The notes beneath the pieces were generated by a model, which had not been told where the DNA came from, searched no databases, and saw only the letters and a program-made list of their open reading frames with translations. Below, piece after piece: positions 59,844-64,000 of a stretch of 64,000 bases of DNA. Source of the stretch: Rhodothermales bacterium (GTDB lineage: Bacteria; Bacteroidota; Rhodothermia; Rhodothermales; Bin80); the NCBI GenBank assembly GCA_965220365.1, contig OZ244823.1, positions 2,725,125 to 2,789,124 on the forward strand, written 5' to 3'. Every line of letters starts with the position of its first letter. Position 1 is the stretch's first letter. A program made the translations under genes and the position numbers.

Positions 59844-60716
59844 GTGGCGATACTCATTAATGGAAAGGAAATTGCAGTTGATGTACGCAAAGAAGTGCGT
59901 CGTGAAGTTGCTGCATGGACCGCAGAAGGACATGCTCCCCCCTATCTTGCGGTGGTGCTTGTTGGCAGTAATCCTGCATCGGCTTCATATGTGCGGGGAA
60001 AAATAAAAGCCAGTCAGAACGTTGGTATTGCAGGCGATACCTTGAAGTTCGACGAAAACATCTCTGAGGAAGCTCTTCTTGAAGTCATCCATGATTTAAA
60101 TACCAGCCCTCATGTGAGCGGTATCCTTGTGCAATTACCGCTCCCCGACCATCTTAATGCATCACATGTGATTTCTGCATTAAATCCAGATAAAGATGTC
60201 GATGGCTTGCACACGGTAAATGCTGGTCGATTAGCTGCCGGACTTCCAGGTTTTGTGCCCTGTACACCAGCAGGAATTGTAGAGCTATTGCGCCGAGCGA
60301 ATATTGATATCGAGGGGAAGCATGCTGTTATTATTGGGCGATCCAGCCTAGTTGGACGCCCACTTGGAAGCCTCCTGCTGCGAAAAGAAAACAGCGCAAC
60401 CGTTACGATCTGCCATAGCCGGACCCGAAACCTGTCTGAAGTCTGCCGCCAGGCGGACATTCTGGTTGCCGCAATTGGCCGCGCACACTTTGTGACTGCA
60501 GAGATGGTTAAGCCTGGAGCAGCTGTCATAGATGTCGGGATCAACCGCATAGATGACCCTACACGTCCCCGAGGGTATCGACTTACCGGTGATGTAGGCT
60601 TTGAAGAAGTATCGAAAATTGCTGGCTATATTACTCCCGTCCCAGGTGGTGTGGGCCCAATGACCATAGCGATGCTCCTTAAAAACACAATGACTGCAGC
60701 AAGACTGCTCAACTGA
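59844..60716 (+). CDS. folD: bifunctional methylenetetrahydrofolate dehydrogenase/cyclohydrolase
   Basis: 290 aa with a GTG start. Motifs: ASYVRGKIKA, GILVQLPLP, PCTPAGI, VIGRSSLVGRPL, PVPGGVGPMT. Confidence 0.9.
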   Translation: MAILINGKEIAVDVRKEVRREVAAWTAEGHAPPYLAVVLVGSNPASASYVRGKIKASQNVGIAGDTLKFDENISEEALLEVIHDLNTSPHVSGILVQLPLPDHLNASHVISALNPDKDVDGLHTVNAGRLAAGLPGFVPCTPAGIVELLRRANIDIEGKHAVIIGRSSLVGRPLGSLLLRKENSATVTICHSRTRNLSEVCRQADILVAAIGRAHFVTAEMVKPGAAVIDVGINRIDDPTRPRGYRLTGDVGFEEVSKIAGYITPVPGGVGPMTIAMLLKNTMTAARLLN

Positions 60717-61696
60717 TGCAGGCCGTACCGGAAAACACCCAGGTTGTGGACACAGTACAGGTTGCTGATACCACCTTGAGTACCATTGACTCTTTGCAGG
60801 TAGATACCACCGCAGAAGTAAGCGGGACAATCCCCCAAGTCTTCGTGGACGCAGGCACTCTCTTTTCTGAGGGCCGATTCTCCGAAGCCGGAAATGACAT
60901 CGCTACACAAATCCTAAGTTGGGTGACAGACCTGGCACCCAAAACAGCAGGAGCCTTGCTTGTGCTGGTCATTTTCTACGCGGCCTATCGAGTCCTGTAC
61001 AATTTACTTCGCCGAATTCTGAAAAAAAGTAACGTAGTGCAGCCAGGCCTGCAAACGCTGGTATTACAGGCATTCCGGCTCCTTTCTATCGTCCTTATAG
61101 CCATTACTGTCTTACAGACCATCGGGATTGATCCTGCTGCACTGATCGCTGGTATTGGGGTTGCAGGTATCGCGTTCGGTTTTGCAGCTCGAGATACCGT
61201 TGAAAATATTTTGTCGGGGGTCAGTATTCTGACCGATAAAGCCTTCCGAATTGGTGACACCTTGATCGTCAGTGGCACCTATTGTGTGGTTGAAAATATT
61301 ACGCTCCGCACAACGCGCCTGCGAACACCCAAGAATGAGGTCTTGATCATACCCAATCAGCAGATGGCCAATGAGCAAATCCTGAATCACACCATTGGCG
61401 GTGTTCTTCGAATTGAAATCCCCTTCAGCATTGCCTACAAAGAATCGCCGCAAGAAGCTCGCCGTGTCATTCTAGAAACCACAAGGCATGATATGCGCCT
61501 GATGGAGGATCCCGAACCACGAGTCGTAGTGACCAGCTTAAATGACAGCAGTGTAGACTTGAGCTTATGGGTGTACGTGGAGAATCCAAAAGAGGAACGT
61601 CAGATTATCTACGACTATACCGAATCCATTAAAAAAGCCTTAAACAAGGCGGGGATCGAAATCCCATTCCCCCATATCCAACTGGTCCAGGATTAG
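60716..61696 (+). CDS. mechanosensitive ion channel (MscS family)
   Basis: 326 aa with TM helices, then the MscS beta-domain: FRIGDTLIVSGTYCVVENITLRTTRLRTPKNEVLIIPN. Confidence 0.8.
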   Translation: MQAVPENTQVVDTVQVADTTLSTIDSLQVDTTAEVSGTIPQVFVDAGTLFSEGRFSEAGNDIATQILSWVTDLAPKTAGALLVLVIFYAAYRVLYNLLRRILKKSNVVQPGLQTLVLQAFRLLSIVLIAITVLQTIGIDPAALIAGIGVAGIAFGFAARDTVENILSGVSILTDKAFRIGDTLIVSGTYCVVENITLRTTRLRTPKNEVLIIPNQQMANEQILNHTIGGVLRIEIPFSIAYKESPQEARRVILETTRHDMRLMEDPEPRVVVTSLNDSSVDLSLWVYVENPKEERQIIYDYTESIKKALNKAGIEIPFPHIQLVQD

Positions 61697-61852
61697 GATT
61701 AATACGGGACAACTTATCGAATGATGAGTGCCGTCACCTTCAGGGCTGTCTGTCAAACAGCATCGCGATTGAGTCTGGAGACTGGAAAGGACTTATCTCT
61801 ATACACTGCGGATACACACTTGATCACTGCATGGATAACCGCCAATTGGGAT

Positions 61853-62779
61853 TCAGTCTGGACTCCAAGGGATCCATCCCACTCCTTGATGCCCAAAATC
61901 GAAAAAACCCGGATGCAAACATTCCGAGAGGATCTCTGCTGACTCTACAACCCGCGGACCAGGACGATTAAAATACTGATTGCCGTCCGTGACATAGACG
62001 CGCTCATTCCGTACGGCGGGGAGATCCTTCCATTGAGGGCTTGAGGTAAGTGATTTCATCTCGCGCAGGGAACGATCAATGTCAAATCCGCAAGGCATGA
62101 TGGCAATCACTTCGGGCTCGGACGCGGCAAGCTTGTCCAGCGAGAGATATTCTGAATGATCTCCTGGCTGACTAAGAAGACTACTCCCCCCGGCAAAATC
62201 TACCAGTTCGGGAACCCAATTGGCTGCAATCATCAGTGGCTCAGTCCACTCAATACAGGCTATTCTAGGCCGACGGGGTATTTTTTGCACCTTGGTGCGC
62301 AGTGATTGAAGCCGGCTCTGAAGACTTGAAACAAGCTCTTTGCCCCTTCCTGAATCACCCAGAGCATCGGATACGCGCTGGATATCTGTCCAGATATCGT
62401 CGAGGGACATCGGCTCAAGCGAAACAATTTCAGGCGCCGAATTCACCAATTCGCACACAGCTTTTTTTACATCACTAAGGCTTACAGCACAGACTTCACA
62501 CTGGGTTTGCGTAATAATGACACTGGGCGAGATTTTATCTAACAGTTCGGAATCAACTTTGTACACAGACAGCCCGTCTCCGACAATCGTTCGAACTTGG
62601 TCGTCAATCTCGGCACTGGAGGATTCTGTGGTGATCTTTGAAGATGAGCATACGGGTATCTGTTCAACCGTCCGCGGGTAGTCGCATTCATGAGATCTGC
62701 CGACAAGGCTCGATTCAAACCCCAAGGCACATACGATCTCTGTGGCACTTGCAATAAGAGACACGATCCGGTGATTCAT
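61853..62779 (-). CDS. periplasmic-binding-protein-fold (BtuF/cobalamin- or iron-chelate-binding-like) protein, no obvious signal peptide
   Basis: 308 aa. RIVSLIASATEIVCALG...LVGRSHECDYP is typical of the cobalamin-binding PBP family. Confidence 0.6.
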   Translation of the reverse strand: MNHRIVSLIASATEIVCALGFESSLVGRSHECDYPRTVEQIPVCSSSKITTESSSAEIDDQVRTIVGDGLSVYKVDSELLDKISPSVIITQTQCEVCAVSLSDVKKAVCELVNSAPEIVSLEPMSLDDIWTDIQRVSDALGDSGRGKELVSSLQSRLQSLRTKVQKIPRRPRIACIEWTEPLMIAANWVPELVDFAGGSSLLSQPGDHSEYLSLDKLAASEPEVIAIMPCGFDIDRSLREMKSLTSSPQWKDLPAVRNERVYVTDGNQYFNRPGPRVVESAEILSECLHPGFFDFGHQGVGWIPWSPD

Positions 62780-63260
62780 GATATATTGTTTCTTTCGAAT
62801 GTAATATCAACTTGTATACAAGATATGCTCCCCGAGGTGCAAGTTAGCTGACCAGACTATCCCGCGTCCCTGATTTCTTTTTGTAACTCAGGCCGTATTC
62901 AAGTTGCCGACTACGCGGGCTAATACCTGTAAAGATGAAATCGTGTCTCCTGGACAATGATCTATCAGGGCACCCCCAAGGATCAGTGAGGAACTTGTCT
63001 CGGTATAAACCTGACGGAAAAAGAATTGATCGAACGACTCAACAAGATGTTGCTGGATTACCGGGGCTTGCTTCCCCCTGATCTGCAATAAACCGTCTCC
63101 AGAACTCCCCACTATAATTTCCTGAATTTGCCAAGTTACTTTATGGATTGTCGGCAACCGTTGAGCCCGTGCTTATAAGCATCCGTCTTATTCTACTTGA
63201 GTGTCCGATCCGTACAAGTATGCCTTCCATATGCAACCCTTGATGTAGCGTAGCCACTGG

Positions 63261-63878
63261 ATGGAACTTCTTCTCTATGCACTAGCCGCACCGGTTATTG
63301 GAGTACTCCTTTACCCGATACTGCATGATAATCCAAGGCTCACCAAGACATTTGACCGCTCTATGTATGTGGTGGTCCCTCTTTTGATATTGATCCAAGT
63401 CTTAGGACACCAGATCGAACATCATGGCTGGGCCCCCGCAGGCATCTTAGTGCTCCTGGGGGTCATGGCATTGGGGCTTCTGATACCGATTGGAGTAGAG
63501 CATATATCTCATAATCTTGCCTCAAAGACGGAGGCTTTATCTGTGATTTTCGGTTTTCTTGGACTAGGATTGCATGCTCTTTTAGAGGGCTCTAGCCTGA
63601 ATACAGATTCATCAACCATCATCATCCCTCTTGCCGTCCACCGCCTTGCTGTAGGACTAATGATCTGGTGGATCCTGTATCCTCGCTACGGTCTACCCAT
63701 CGCCATAATTGGTATTGCCGGGCTTCTGTCTGCTACGCTGACCGGGTTTTTCCTGGCAGACATCTTGCCACATGGATTTACTGGAAGTGATCTGTTTCAA
63801 GCATTCGTAGCTGGCTCTCTCCTGCACGTCGTTTTTCATGAACACCATCATGGAAGTCCACATGCACATGATCATTGA
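63261..63878 (+). CDS. ZIP-like metal transporter / His-rich membrane protein
   Basis: 205 aa with about 6 TM segments. GLHALLEG and HRLAVG motifs are reminiscent of ZIP/ZupT. His-rich tail FHEHHHGSPHAHDH. Confidence 0.45.
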   Translation: MELLLYALAAPVIGVLLYPILHDNPRLTKTFDRSMYVVVPLLILIQVLGHQIEHHGWAPAGILVLLGVMALGLLIPIGVEHISHNLASKTEALSVIFGFLGLGLHALLEGSSLNTDSSTIIIPLAVHRLAVGLMIWWILYPRYGLPIAIIGIAGLLSATLTGFFLADILPHGFTGSDLFQAFVAGSLLHVVFHEHHHGSPHAHDH

Positions 63879-64000
63879 CTTCCTATCCCCCGAAACAAGG
63901 AAGTCCTGTGGGAGCATGAATGGGTTTTGATGGGTTCAACGGGCTTGCTATTACCTCCAGTTAATGTGTACTTCAAAATTGAATATTCTGCTGCTTCAGA

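Noticed and set aside
62888-63157. The 89-aa minus ORF between the BtuF-like and ZIP-like genes.
   Set aside because: It has a TTG start and no recognisable motif. It may be real, but I cannot support a call.
63251-63260. AGCCACTGG resembling the B12-box core of cobalamin riboswitches, next to a BtuF-like gene.
   Set aside because: None of the other conserved cobalamin-riboswitch blocks (GGGAA, GGTGAAA...) occur in the preceding 200 nt on either strand. The match abuts a start codon.

Overview
This 64-kb chromosomal window is mostly minus-strand housekeeping genes. The gene set and order look like an FCB-group bacterium (Bacteroidota/Rhodothermota/Balneolota-like). That placement is my inference, based on rpsF-rpsR-rplI without ssb, lptC-lptA-lptB, a luxC/luxE-like pair and SD-poor starts. 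All family calls rest on motifs I recognise in the supplied translations; no database search was possible.

Core content:
- An operon for a giant Ig-like secreted protein plus an ExbD-like protein.
- Two ROK kinases, tRNA-Pro(GGG) and cvpA.
- A peptidase/TolB/Omp85 fusion protein.
- Phosphoglucose/phosphomannose isomerase, polyprenyl synthase, adk and an NSS transporter.
- maf, folB, sbcB, dsbD, the ribosomal S6/S18/L9 genes, prfA and DAHP synthase.
- The Lpt genes, tRNA-Gly(GCC) and asd.
- metX-metY behind a clear SAM-I riboswitch.
- gltBD, folD, mscS, a BtuF-like binding protein and a ZIP-like transporter.

Two accessory patches stand out.

(i) 22.7-29.5 kb:
- A 3.5 x 23-bp tandem repeat abuts the start of a DUF4143-type AAA ATPase gene.
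- A secreted penicillin/AHL-acylase gene is translationally coupled to an orphan ParA-like ATPase gene.
- Directly upstream lies a catalytically intact solo TnpB, an RNA-guided nuclease of the IS200/IS605 family.
- The tnpB stop is 13 nt from the parA start.
- The TnpB unit is bracketed by a 23-nt inverted repeat (21/23 identical).

(ii) 55.4-59.8 kb:
- A 187-bp MITE-like unit carries 21-bp inverted ends.
- A DUF1640-like gene contains three perfect in-frame 21-bp repeats.
- A GC-rich IS110-family element is nested inside a decayed ISL3-type transposase gene.
- GAAC occurs at both junctions, and removing the element restores the host frame.
- That leaves almost no non-coding DNA in the element for a canonical bridge RNA.
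- A PP2C/SpoIIE phosphatase gene is fused to an IS630-like HTH module.

The best candidates for something new are the compact IS110 element (where is its guide RNA?) and the TnpB/inverted-repeat/parA junction. No CRISPR array, rRNA, prophage or recognised defence operon was seen.
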